Shown: in pieces, positions 26,050-38,551 of the stretch
How positions within the stretch are numbered: position 1 is the first letter of the stretch
Layout: every line of letters begins with the position of its first letter
Origin: Octopus vulgaris
Lineage: Eukaryota
Length of the DNA: 64,000 nucleotides
Direction of reading: 5' to 3'
Assembly: GCA_951406725.2 (NCBI GenBank)
Contig: OX597819.1
Coordinates: 56,730,001-56,794,000, forward strand
Translations under genes and position numbers: made by a program
Notes under the pieces: generated by a model
What the model saw: only the letters and a program-made list of their open reading frames with translations
The model's database searches: none
Told to the model about the DNA's origin: nothing

Positions 26050-28509
26050 GCATGTATGTATGTATATACCCGTAATGCTTCATAGCGTTAGGAGAAATCC
26101 CTGATTACAGAATGTGAGTGAATAACACTTCAATAATATTTATTTACTGGAATGGTTTTTAGAACAATTTCTGTTGCTAAATTTGCCAATGAATTATTTT
26201 ACTTAATATTAGCAAAATTGTAACACTCAAGAGAGAATCTTTAAGAGCAAGTCTAAAATAGATTTGTTTAAGCTGGAATATTAATAAAAAAAAAATCTTG
26301 TTAACTGTAAAGTGCCAAACATCTCAGCCGACCAAATGAAGAATTTTATGAGGTTATGTAAGTGTTAATAATATTACTATTATACTCAGATATTTTTATA
26401 TTTGATATATTAAAGTATAGAACCAAATATATTGAATTTATCTACAGAGCATTGATTAGTTTTAGTGAATTTTCATGTTAGATATTTGAAATAGGCATGC
26501 TGAATTCAGCCCCGTCATTATTACTGGATTACATTTTCTATAAAAAAGAAGTAAGCATTTGTTGCTTCATTTGGTAATGTATGAACACTTACAGCTATGT
26601 GAAGTATTTTCCAAAATAACATTTCTCGGTGTATTATAAGTGGTTTGTGGCCCATTATACAAAATACATGAGGAGGCGAGGTTGTGGGGCTGACAACAAG
26701 TAATATTTACTGCATTTGTGAATTTGTCAAAAAACAAAATACGTTTCACAAATGTTCACTACTTTACAAAAGCCATATCAGCTAAGCAAATGACCTTCCC
26801 CAAATGCATTAAAAACATTGTAACATGTTCAGAAAATGGCTTCATGGTTGAATAATAAATGATTACGATTTTTTAAAATTTTATACTTTCACTCTATTAC
26901 TATGTTTAACATCACCACGTGATACTTTGAGTACATCTAGCGGAATCCCCTTTGTTGTAAGTATTCTCACTTAGTTCCATATTCGAGGATACCGCTCTCC
27001 GAGGCCTTGTAAATGGTCATGTACACTGCTTTACATCTATATAAAAAGATTAAAACAAAGGCACATGACAGAACGTGTAACACCTGCGGTATAATTATTA
27101 TATTTTGTCTTTTATTTTGGCTATTGATGAACTAATGCAGTACACTTACAGAGGTTCTATATAAATTCCGAACAAACAACATTAATCATTTGTTCTCGTT
27201 TTTACATTCCTTTGTGGTATGCTGATGGCCGTAAAATAGAGGAAAGAGGCATTCACAAAGACAGGTCCGGTATCGAATTAGCTCATTGTTTAGCAGTTCG
27301 CGGCAGAGAGAAACCATAAGGACATTTCGCTATCGATTCTCGATGTGTGTAATGTCACAACACTAATTTCCAATGGGAAGACACTTTTTACTTCATCGAT
27401 AAAATGCTATAGCTGTGATAAAAAACCGAGTGGGATTGTCATAAAAAGCATGTTAATATAAGTTAGTATAATTTTATTATAAAATCGCATAAGTATGTTA
27501 ATGAACTTAAAAAAAAGAAGGAAAATAGAAGAATAAGGAGAAAAAGGAAAACAGAAAATATACAAACGAAATTGTGGAGATTAAATATATCAATTGCGTT
27601 TAAATATGCATCGAATTGAATTAAGGTTTATCAGCTTCATCCTCAATTATTACACTGTGGGCTTAAAATGAATTAGTAAAAATACTTATCTAAAAAAATC
27701 CTCATTTCTTCCTTTAATCTATGATTTATTGAAAACAGAATGAGGTATCAAGAAAACATCGTTATAGTTATTGCCATTTGTGTATCGTACTTTACGCAAG
27801 AAAATCACGGAAAGGCAAATTTATGACGGTTTTTTGTCCAGAGATGATATTTCAGACGCGCCAAAGGTCATTAAAAACATAAATATATGAGTAGCAGACA
27901 ACAATAATCGAGCAGTAATGATGAAAATGTAAGATGAGCACTTCTTCCTTGTAGGAGGATCTTTCTTGTTGGAAGATCTTATATCAAATCTAACCTTGCA
28001 AATCTATGATTAATGAAATTGCAACCGTGACATTGACTCTATGCCGAGAGTAATCGGCTGAATTCCTTTTCTGATGCAGCATTTTATAATTTTAGATTTA
28101 ATATTGTTTCTTACAGAATTTCTTTTATTATGATAATTAGCATTATTATATATCATTATTTGTTTTATTATCATAAGACAATAGTTCACAATGAAAGCTA
28201 CCTAACTAGCTTCTCAAAATTACATGGAGTTTTAATATTTGGTTAGCTCTTCATAAAGGTATTATGGTTTTCCACAAATAAAATCTGATCGACTAGACAT
28301 TTTTACATCGTCATTTGGTATATCAGTGATTACATTGCCTAAGGATCTGAGCCTCTGTTAAAGTTAGCTGTGTAAGATTTGATGAAAAATTCACTGCAAT
28401 TGCTAGCAGGTCGAATTAGTACATCGTGATCGATAAGGTTGTGTGCATAATAGCATCCATTAGAAATAAAATGTATGATATAGAATATATATTGTCAAAA
28501 AGAGACACA

Positions 28510-28670
28510 CAGGAATGGCTGTGTTGTAAGTAGCTTCATTACAAGCCACATGATTCCTGGTTCGGTGCCACTGCGTGGAACCTTGGATAAGTGTCTTCTA
28601 CTATAGCCTCGGGCTAACCAAAGCCTTGTGAGTGGATTTGGTAGACGGAAACTCAAAGAAGCCTTTCGTA
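28510..28670 (+). mobile_element. SINE family A, 5' half
   Basis: Head homologous to 7540. Confidence 0.85.
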
Positions 28671-28717
28671 TATATATATACAAAAGGTTTAAAAGAAACG
28701 CACGAGTCGACATGTGC

Positions 28718-29461
28718 ATGGAAAAAAGTCCAGGTAGCAAAATGCTAAAATAATTTTATAAAAAACATTTCAGTTCCGGTTTCGGTCATTGAGACTTTTT
28801 CAACTATAAGTATGGAAAACAATTAAATTTAGGAAAAATTAAATGAAAAGTATTTTAAAAGAATATTTGCATAATGTTCAAATACAAGGGGCATTTCTGC
28901 CTATCTCTGTCTCTCTTGTTTACTCTACCACTCATAACAAGTCACTTTCAGGGCACTTGACCATTTAACATACTACTACAATCATAGCACACCCGCATTT
29001 TCTTCTTCTTCTTCTTCTTCTTCTTCTTCTTCTTCTTCTTCTTCTTCTTCTTCTTCTTCTTCTTCTTCTTCTTCTTCTTCTTCTTCTTCTTCTTCTTCAT
29101 CTTCTTCTTCTTCTTCTTCTTCATCTTCATCTTCTTCTTCTTCTTCTTCTTCTTCTTCTTCTTCATCTTCTTCTTCTTCTTCTTCTTCTTCTTCTTCTCT
29201 TCCTCCTCATTCTTCTTCTTCTTCTCTGCCAAGAATTCACAATGAACCCACAAGAGTAAACAAGAGAGGCAGAGACAAGCACAAACAAGGAAAATGTCCC
29301 CTATATCTGAATACTATGCAAATATTCTTTTAAAATACTTTACATTTAGTTTTTCCAAAATTTTATTGTTTTCCATACAGCTGAAAAGTCTCAATAACCG
29401 AAACCGGTACTGAAATATTTTTTTACAAAATAAATTTAGTATTTTTTACCTTGACTTTTTC

Positions 29462-29465
<4 letters not shown>
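28718..29465. mobile_element. ~210-bp inverted repeats (Penelope-type terminal repeat) flanking a (TTC)n tract
   Basis: 28718-28927 is a diverged reverse complement of 29253-29465. Each arm has a degenerate minimal hammerhead (cag CTGAAAA..GAAA CCGG TA ctg at 29378-29412). Confidence 0.7.
29000..29225. repeat. (TTC)n trinucleotide microsatellite
   Basis: Directly visible; produces the poly-Lys ORF 28948-29253. Confidence 0.98.
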
Positions 29466-29522
<57 letters not shown>

Positions 29523-29766
29523 TAATAATATAGGGTGAAATTAATTAATTTGGAATAATCATTAATTTCACCAAATAGATTTCGGCATGTAAAAGCCCCA
29601 TTCGAGGAAAGTTTAAGTAATACTAAGTAATTAAGGGTTTAGCAACGATTTGCCTCACCACACACCGAATTTAGAAATAAAAGTCAAAGAGCTATAGCTA
29701 TTCTTTCTACTAAAAGGGAGATCTCAGTAAAACCACAGCACTTGAAAGGCAAACACATATATATAT

Positions 29767-31196
29767 ATTGTTGTTGTTGGCATTCTTTTTGTCTCGGGAG
29801 ACAGTGGAGTTGCGCATAAAATAGTCTAGTCCGGCTTTTACATTTCATGTCCTGATACATTTCCTGCTCTGGCTGTGTAGTCCTATCCTGGACAAACACT
29901 CCCTCTGGCAGGTACCGCAAATGTAGCGAAGACTGTTCCTGGCTGGTTGTAATGTCATAGTTTCTTGTTGACGTCTTTTCTTGTCTTTCCATTTCTCCTC
30001 TCTCTCTCTCTCTGTCACTCCTTTGTATTCCCTCTTTTACGGTACGTCGCCAATCTCCACGGTTGCTGGCAACTGCTTCCCAATTGCTAATATTGATGTT
30101 GCAGGCCTTCATGTCCCTTTTGCAAACATCCTTGTAACGTAAGAAAGGTCTTCCCACAGACCTAGTACCCCTAGCAAGCTCTCCGTAGAGTATGTCCTTG
30201 GGGATTCTGCCATCTTTCATACGGCCCAAGCCATCTCATACTTCTTTGTGTGAGGAGTGCAAACATGCTTGGTATTCCTGCTTGCTTGAGGACATCTTTG
30301 TTGGGGATATGATTCTGCCATTTGATGCGGAGGATTTTCCAGAGGCAGCGCAGGTGAAAGATGTTTAGGCGACGCTCTTGGCGTGTGTATGGCGTCCAAG
30401 TCCCACTTCCATACAGTAGAGTGCTAAGTACACATGCCTGGTAGATCTTCATTTTCTTGGTCTTGGTCAGCTTATTATTGTTCCATGCCCGTTTGGAGAG
30501 TTGGCCCATCGCAGCAGCTGCATTGCCAATGCGTATATTGAGCTCATTGTCAAGGGATAGGTTGTAGGTGACGGTAGAGCCAAGATAGGTAAACCTCTCC
30601 ACCTCCTGTAATCTGTGGTCTCCAATATGTATGTTTGGGATGCCCGATGTAGCCTGACCCATGGTGTTGGTCTTCTTAAGGCTGATAGCTAAGCCAAAGT
30701 CGTTACATGCTTGCTCAAAATAGTTAATGAGCCTTTGGAGGGCTTCTTCTGTGTGTGATACCAGAGTGGTATCATCAGCAAATAGCATCTCCTTGATCAG
30801 GACGCTTCTGATTTTGGTCTTGCCACGCAGGCGCGAGAGATTGAATAGTTTTCCGTCACTTCTACTGTGCAGAAACAATCCATCATCTGATGTCTGAAAG
30901 GCATGTGAGAGCAAGAGCGAGGAGAAGATGCCAAATAATGTAGGAGCGAGGACACAACCTTGCTTTACCCCGTTTTTTATTTGGAAGGCGGCTAATGTTG
31001 AACCATTGTGCTGTATGGTGCTTTGCATATCATCATGGAAAGACTTCATGATCCTCAGCAGCTTTGAAGCAGGATGAAAAACCTTCAGGAGAAGTCCAGA
31101 GAGCAGAAAATGCCATTATATATGGCCTTCATTGAACTGACAAAGGCCTTCGACTTGGTAAGTAGAAAAGGCCTTTTCATCCTGCTCCAAAAAATC
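29767..31196 (-). mobile_element. RTE-clade LINE, 5'-truncated with 5' inversion, (CAA)n tail
   Basis: ORF 30171-31049: GVKQGCVLAPTLF, LFADD, FTYLGS, LLYGSGTW. ORF 29684-30229: RIPKDILYGEL..GRP. (CAA)n tail at 29767-29779. 31083-31196 encodes QEKSREQKMPLYMAFIELTKAFDLVSR on the + strand. Confidence 0.95.
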
Positions 31197-31199
31197 CAA

Positions 31200-32080
31200 A
31201 GCTGTCCTTTGTGATTTTGTTTGCCTGTATCTGTGTGTTGTGTCTAAAAAATGGTTGGGGTAGAGGGGTTGTCTGTTGGTGTTAAGAGGTCCTGTATGTT
31301 TGTTATATTACTTGTGAAATATGGTTCGGGTTCGTGGTTGTGGATAGAATGGGGTGTTCCTGTATTGCGGGTGTTGGTGTGTGTTTCTTTGTGTCTTGAT
31401 GGATTGTGGTGATATGAGTGGCCTATGTGGGTGCTTGTATCGAGTGGTATGGGCTTGTGTATTGTGAGAGTTGAGAAAGTGAAAATTACCTTGTTGTCCC
31501 CTCGTGGTGTGGATGTTGTTGTGTCTATCCTGGTAGTGGAATCCTCTTTTATTTGTTAATAAGGTATTCGAGTAGTTGTTAATAAGGTATTCGAGTTGTT
31601 GTGTATAGTGTCTCCTTGAAGGGGGAAATTCGTTAATGTAATTCTGGTGGTGAGGGTTTCCAGGGTTCTTGTTCCTCCTTATGAACGTGGGGTAAGAAGG
31701 TACATCTTCAATATGCTGTTTCCTTCTTTTGTTCGAGGTTGGAGGGTTGGCGGAGTAGTTGTGTGGTTGGGTTCCTGGTTTTCCCATTTTTATGAAGGGG
31801 TTATTGGAAAAGTAATCCGTTTTGAAAGTCGATTCATAGTTTAGGAACCAGGCGGCACTTTTTTCCCAGCGTTGTAGGGATTTTAGTTCCTCTTTGTTGC
31901 AGTCATCTTTCCATAACTTGGAGATCTTCTCTATGTGTAGGCTTTCGGCCTTGTTATTTATTACGAGGAGGATCTCTTCATCGATTGTTTTGACTCTTTC
32001 CTCATTTGTTTGAGCCCTTAATTTGAGAAGTTCAATCTCTGTTTTCAGTCTCTCTAATGCCATTCTTTCCCTAAGTCGTC
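31200..32080 (-). mobile_element. Inverted N-terminal part of a Penelope-like ORF (251-aa ORF 31308-32063)
   Basis: Long ORF with the same A/C-rich sense-strand composition as the adjoining RT-GIY-YIG segment, and divergently oriented from it. No diagnostic motif, so the assignment is by context. Confidence 0.5.
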
Positions 32081-32087
32081 TTTGAGG

Positions 32088-34190
32088 TTCAGGTTCATTG
32101 GCCCGAACCGTCGAGAAGCTTAAAGAATTTCAGGTTCATTGGCCCGAAACCGTCGAGAAGCTTAAAGAATTTCACACCCTTATAAATGGGCTCAACACAA
32201 ACATTATTTTCACAATGGAATACAGCCCTCAACAAATTCCCTTCCTCGACATCCTCATTAAAATTCACAAGAAAAAAATAGAAACAGACATATACTACAA
32301 GTCCACAGACTCCAAGCAATACCTCCCTTTCAATTCATGCCACCCTAGACACGTTAAAATTAACATTCCCTACAACTTAGCCAAGAGAATTTGCACTAGA
32401 GTCTCCAATAAAAACACCCGTCTCTTACGTTTACAAGAACTTAAGGACACATTAACAAGCAGGGATTACCCCACGTCACTAATTGACAATGGGATCCAAC
32501 GCGCCCTAAAACTCAGCACACAGGAACTTAGACGCCCTAAACCTGTTACATCGAAACCCCATACTCTACCATACATCTCTACACACAACCCCCTCAACAA
32601 TGAAGCTTTTGACACCATCCTCCAGAACATTCCTGTATTAAACAAGGACCATAGAATGAACCAAATCCTCCTAACACACGAAATCATAAAGAGCAAAAGG
32701 CAACCCAAATCATTGAAAATGCCAAAGTACTGCCAACCACAACAACTAAACCCACAGTAAACAAATGCAATAGACCCAACTTTGGTATATGCATCAACCT
32801 AATAGAAGGTCCGGAATTCCTTTTTAAACAAGGACAATGTCTCACAGTAAAACACAACTTCACATGCGCATCAGAAAACCTAGTATATGTCTTAACTTGC
32901 TCGGGCTGTAATGAACACTACATAGGCCAAACTAAAAATAGCCTCCGCCAACGCATGACTGTCCACAGATCCCAAATAAAAATACAGGATAAAGAAAAAT
33001 AGCACTTAGTGCACATATTGATACCTGTGCCGCACAACTTCATCCCAATTTTAGAATCTTTCCCCTCTACAAATTTAAAGACAATGCCACTCATACCCAG
33101 CGAATAACCATGGAATCCCACCTTATTAATAAATACAGACCACTTCTAAACACATCCCCCTAACACGAACCCACAACAAACACACTTACACCTGCACACA
33201 CCCTACACACACTTTTACCCAGATATTAACACCATGACACACGCAAATATATGGTTCCACATATACACATAATTTGATACGTGTGCAAAACATCCAACAC
33301 TATTTTTTGGAAATGACTGTAAATATTGACTTCACACAAACACGTTTCTTCCCGATACAGGCACAAGGCAAGCAGAACTATAAATATTGAAAATTGTATC
33401 CGCACACGCACACATATATACACGCGCGGGCGCCCCAACATACATATAAACACACACACACACATACATACACACACACACACACACACGCGCCCACACA
33501 TACATACATATAGCTCTTCCTGTCCTAAACGAACTTACTTATCCAGCTCAAATTCAGTCAAGCGGAAAATACACTCCTTAACTACGCGCTAAAAAGCTAT
33601 TTAAAATATCCACATGACGTCTACTGACCAGCCTGAACAATAAGAATTTTCAACAACGTTATTTTCGAAAACTCCATACACCACCCACATCAACATTCAT
33701 TCTAAACATTCACGTGACCTCTCTATTATGACCACATCCACGTGACCTCTTTATTATGACTAATAAGAAATTTTAGGCGCGACACTAGCCAAATTTTAAC
33801 ATCTCTGGAGCCTATTTTCTTACCCCAACACCAACTTCCATTCAAACATTCACGTGACCCCTTTATAATGACCAATCAAAATGGTATTGACCATTGTCCA
33901 CAAGAAATTTTAGTCGCGAAACCAACCAAATCTTAAACAACTCTGGAGTCTCTTTTTTCACATATAAGAGACAGCAAACCCAACATAAAGTCAGATAAGA
34001 GAAAAAATCTATCAGAAAGGAACTCTATCTCTCTTAAAAAAATCTCTTTTGATAAGCATAACAAATGCGCAATCGGTAAAAAGAACTTTCACCTAATTAA
34101 ATACACTCTCCCTTACTTAAATTATTTTGTCAGCATTTTCTTCATTTCCTTTTTTTATATATCACAACTCGTGTTCCACATCTCCTTTTT
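32088..34190 (+). mobile_element. Penelope-like element: RT C-terminus, Cys-rich linker, GIY-YIG endonuclease and 3' terminal repeat
   Basis: ORF 32098-32760 has IPFLDI, TDIYYKSTD..YL.F.SCHP. A frameshifted continuation reads CNRP..C..FTCASENLVYVLTCSGCNEHYIGQT..LRQRM..H..MESHLINKYRPLLN. Degenerate hammerhead at 34044-34084. Confidence 0.92.
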
Positions 34191-34195
34191 TACAG

Positions 34196-34249
<54 letters not shown>

Positions 34250-34250
<1 letters not shown>

Positions 34251-34440
34251 TGTTGGTGTGTCTCTGTTTATCCCCCTACTATCACTTGACAACCGATGCT
34301 GGTGTATTTACATACCCGTAACGTAGCTGTTCGGCAAAAGAGGCTTACGGAGAATAGGGAGTGATTTCTTCGACTGAAGGCGATGCTCCAGCATGACCGC
34401 AGTCAAATAACTGAAACTAATAAAAGAATAAAAGAATAAT
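34250..34440 (+). mobile_element. SINE family A, 3' half
   Basis: CTTGACAACCGATGCTGGTG...CCAGCATGACCGCAGTCAAA tail. Confidence 0.8.
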
Positions 34441-34532
34441 ATATATATATATATAATATAAAATATATGGCCGTATGTATGTATGAGCAAAACTATACAA
34501 CGCAACACAGATATACACATATCTTTCATCTG

Positions 34533-34616
<84 letters not shown>

Positions 34617-35159
34617 GCTAGCTAGCTATAATAATCATAGACCTTTCAAAACAAACTGTTATCGCTATTGTTATGATAGGAATTATTGTTTCTTTGAGAC
34701 TGCTTGTGTTACAATATATAATAAAAGTGATAGAAAAGTCACTTGAACAGAAGCCAGGAATATAATAAGGAATTTAACGGAAATCAAATTTTCTTACCAG
34801 AATAACAATGTTTCTGAGAATTGAATGATTACACGATAAACATTAAAACGTTTCAATAAATTCTAAAATGACTGTGACGTAAAAATGAAAATTGGCCCAA
34901 GTATGACTGAGTGGTTAAGTAACTCGCAGTGCAAACTTGTATTCCACTTTCGGATTGCCTCACGCCTTGTAAGTGATTATGTTACATACAATCCATAACT
35001 ACACACGTGCTGTTAGCGACGTCTTATTTGGACACTTCCCTTTCTCCTTTCCGACGAAGAACTATGTTCGAAATTGCAAAAACACTCCCTCTTTACTTAT
35101 TGCCAAACTATTACATTCGTTGTGCACATCCTCTTGTTGTCTGTCATTATTAATTGTAT

Positions 35160-35830
35160 CAGTCGTTTATTTCTATTGACTATATATACATAGATGGGAT
35201 TAGTGGCTGAGTAGAAGGCAGATCATCTACCTCCCTTACGTATATATCGAGCTCATTAGGGAAATTGCAACAAATCAAGTCTGACAAAACCGTAATCGTG
35301 GACGGGATAGCGACGGGATTCAGAATAACGCCAATGGTACAAAGCTGCCAAAGGAAGTTGACGCTATTTAAAACTTTGGTCGGATCAGTATTACTCAACG
35401 GATGTGAAAACAGAAAAGTGACAATAATGAATATAAATGAATAAATAAAAATAGTGGACAGCTTCAAATTTATATCCGTAAGGAGAAAACAACACATCAA
35501 TTGACTGCAACGAGTCCTTAGTAATACCATTGTGACAACAACGGGCCTCAATAGGAACAGAGACGAAACAAGACGCAAATTCTGGAAATGGATCGGGCAA
35601 AGCTCAGACACGATCAAGAAAGCGAATGCATGGTGACATTAAAGCGGCATCCTCAGGGGCAAACAACTACTGGGCGCCCCACAACCACATAGCCAATACT
35701 TATTGACAAGGAAAGGAAACAAGAATGGCTGAGAGAAAGGAGTGGATGACGGAAAGTGGCAGAAAACAGAACTGGCTCAAGAGATTGTGTTGCGGCATTA
35801 TGTGCCTCATTGCGGAGAGAGAAATGACGA
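35160..35830 (+). mobile_element. Decayed RTE-like LINE 3' fragment
   Basis: Translation KLTLFKTLVGSVLLNGCE..., WKWIG, RHDQESECMVTL..PQG..GRP.TT matches the RTE C-terminus pattern. Confidence 0.7.
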
Positions 35831-35890
35831 ACACACACACATATGTATGTATGTGTGTGTATATATATATGTATATATATATATATATAT

Positions 35891-36270
35891 ATTTTATTTT
35901 ATAGAAGGAGCTTCTACAGGACTAGAACTGTTTCATTCAAAAGAAATCATCAGGAATATTAATTTTATCGGTCGTTTATTTCTATTGACTATATATACAT
36001 AGATAGGATTAGTGGCTGAGTAGAAGGCAGATCATCTACCTCCCTCACATAAATAACGAGCTGATTAGGGAAATTGCAACAAATCAAGTCTGACAAAACC
36101 GTAATCGTGGACGGGATAGCAACGGGATTCAGAATAACGCAAATGATGATTTCTTTTGAATGAAACAGTTCTAGTCCTGTAGAAGCTCCTTCTATAAAAT
36201 AAATTAATTTACTTTGCTATGTATTGAGTACCTTATTTACTGTGGTTAACCCCGACTCAACCCGGGACCT
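35891..36270. mobile_element. Penelope-type terminal fragment with inverted ends enclosing a duplicated 170-bp local segment
   Basis: 35891-35952 and 36144-36204 are inverted copies. 35970-36141 duplicates 35161-35332. Confidence 0.7.
35911..35957 (-). ncRNA. Type I hammerhead ribozyme motif
   Basis: Minus strand: ttc CTGATGA tttc-tttt-gaat GAAA CAG-ttctagtc-CTG TA gaa. Core intact, stem I ttc/gaa, stem III ACAG/CTGT, GUA cleavage triplet. The stem II closing pair is a U-U mismatch. Confidence 0.65.
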
Positions 36271-36274
36271 ACAC

Positions 36275-36310
<36 letters not shown>

Positions 36311-36399
36311 ATGTATGTATGTATGTATGTATGTATGTATGTATGTATGTATGTATGTATGCATGCATGCATGTATGAATGTATGTATGTATATATATA

Positions 36400-37801
36400 C
36401 TAGCAGTATCGCCCGGCGTTGCTCGGGTTTGTAAGGGAAATAACTATATAACCATTTTTAGAGAGTTATAGCCAAAAAATAGCAAATAAATGCATTAAAA
36501 ATGGAAAAAAATGATAGTAAGTTTTTTAAAAAATCGTTGACTCATCGTAGACATTTTTAGAGAGTTACTTCCCTTATATAATAGCGAAAAAATGCATTAA
36601 AATGGAAAAAAATGATGGTAATTTTTTTTTTAAATCGTAGACTCATCGTAGACGCGCGCTAATATCCAGAAGGGCTCGATATGAATCACGACTATAAGAT
36701 ACCCGGTTTTGGTTAAACTGCACCGCAACATGTGGGAGTAGTTAGGAATCTAAATCGTAGGAGACAGACATATAACCTTACTTTTATATATAAAGACTAG
36801 CAGTATCGCACGGCGTTGCTCGGGTTTGTAAGGGAAATAACTATATAAGCATTTTTAGTGAGTTATAGCAATAAAATAGCAAAAAATGCATTTAAAATGG
36901 AATAAAAATGATGGTAATTTTTTTTTTAAATCGTTGACTCATCGTAGACATTTTTAGAGAGTTACTTCCCTTATATAATAGCGAAAAAATGCATTAAAAT
37001 GGAATAAAAAATGATGGTAATTTTTTTTTAAATCGTTGACTCATCGTAGACGTTTTTAGAGAGTTACTTCCCTTATATAATAGCGAAAAATGCATTAAAA
37101 TGGAAAAAACTGATGGTAATTTTTTTTTTAATCGTAGACTCATCGTAGACGCGCGCTAATACCCAGAAGAGCTGGATATGATTCACGACAATAAGATACC
37201 CGGTTTTGGTTACACTGCACCGCAAAATGTGGGAGTAGTTAGGAATCTAAATCTTAGGAGACAGACACACAACCTGACTTTTATATATAAAGATTTGTGC
37301 AACAACTAAAACATTCGGTTGTGCAAATTGTTTGCACAGGAAACCTGCCCTGTGTGGCGGTAATTGCCGTTTTTGTGGATCTGTTTCAGCTTTTTTAGCG
37401 ATTTCTGTTTTGGCGACTTCAAGCCATGAAGTCGTTGTTCTAAAAGAACGCTGGTCTCCTTGACAACGCATTACGACGTTGATTTCCTTACACTCCCTTC
37501 CCCACAGCTTCACGAGGGAGGGAAGAAGGGAGAGAAGCAACACAGGTGCAGGTGTGAGCGTGGACGCCAACTCCGCCGCCAATTAAAAAAATATGCGTTA
37601 AAATGGAAATAAATGATGTTAAATTATTTTTTAAATCGTTGACTCATCGTAAACGCGCGCTAATACCCAGACGGGCTCGATATAAATCCCGACTATAAGA
37701 TACCCGAATTTGGTTAAACTGCACCGCAAAATGTGGGAGTAGTTAGGAATCTAAATCGAAGGGGACAGACACTCACACAACTACAGTTTTATATATATAG
37801 A
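36400..37801 (-). mobile_element. Head-to-tail array of non-autonomous Helitrons with internal ~100-bp subrepeats
   Basis: On the minus strand units start TC (TCTTTATATAT) and end with hairpin CCCG..CGGG plus CTAG. Units at 36400-36796 and 36797-37293, plus a related 5' segment to 37801. Exact CTAG|TC junction at 36796/36797. Confidence 0.8.
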
Positions 37802-37819
37802 TATATATATACATATATA

Positions 37820-37892
<73 letters not shown>

Positions 37893-38154
37893 TCCTAGCA
37901 CATATTTCGCCTTAATGTACTGATATATGGAAAATATATGGCTTGTGTTAGAAATACCAGCGATTATAATTATTTTTATTTTATCGCAATTTGATTTGTT
38001 TACATATTTTTCGATAAATTTTGAGCGCTAGACGATATACCAGAAATCCCTAGTTTTGTCGGGACGTTCGGAGTCTGCGCAGTGATCTGATTAGTTAGAG
38101 AGAGTAAATCATTAGAAGCACATGCTTCTAGTGAGTTAGGATCTCAGAAAAACA

Positions 38155-38236
38155 GGGCTCTCACTGATGAATTCTCCCTGAGCAAATAAATTATCTTTAT
38201 TGCTGAAAAGAAAGAAACTGCAGTCTGAGAATAACC
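38155..38236 (+). ncRNA. Type I hammerhead ribozyme, copy 1 (extended stem II)
   Basis: TCTCA CTGATGA aTTCT...AGCAA.ATAAA/TTTAT.TTGCT...AGAAa GAAA CTGCAG TC TGAGA. Stem I TCTCA/TGAGA, palindromic stem III ACTGCAGT, GUC cleavage after 38225. The stem II closing pair is A-A rather than G-C. Confidence 0.8.
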
Positions 38237-38551
38237 GAGTTAGTAAACGTTTTTATCTTCATTTCACTAAATTTATCTAGCTTCTGTGTTCCTAGCACAT
38301 ATTTCGCCTTAATGTACTGATATATGGAAAATATATGGCTTGTGTTAGAAATACCAGCGATTATAATTATTTTTATTTTATCGCAATTTGATTTGTTTAC
38401 ATATTTCTCGATAAATTTTGAGCGCTAGACGATATACCAGAAATCCCTAGTTTTGTCGTGACGTTCGGAGTCTGCGCAGTGATCTGATTAGTTAGAGAGA
38501 GTAAATCATTAGAAGCACATGCTTCTAGTGAGTTAGGATCTCAGAAAAACA

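Noticed and set aside
26589-26690. Minus-strand exon candidate ending at a GTAAGT donor
   Set aside because: No recognisable product or partner exons; such sites arise by chance.
28948-29253. Poly-lysine ORF
   Set aside because: It is a translation of the (TTC)n microsatellite.
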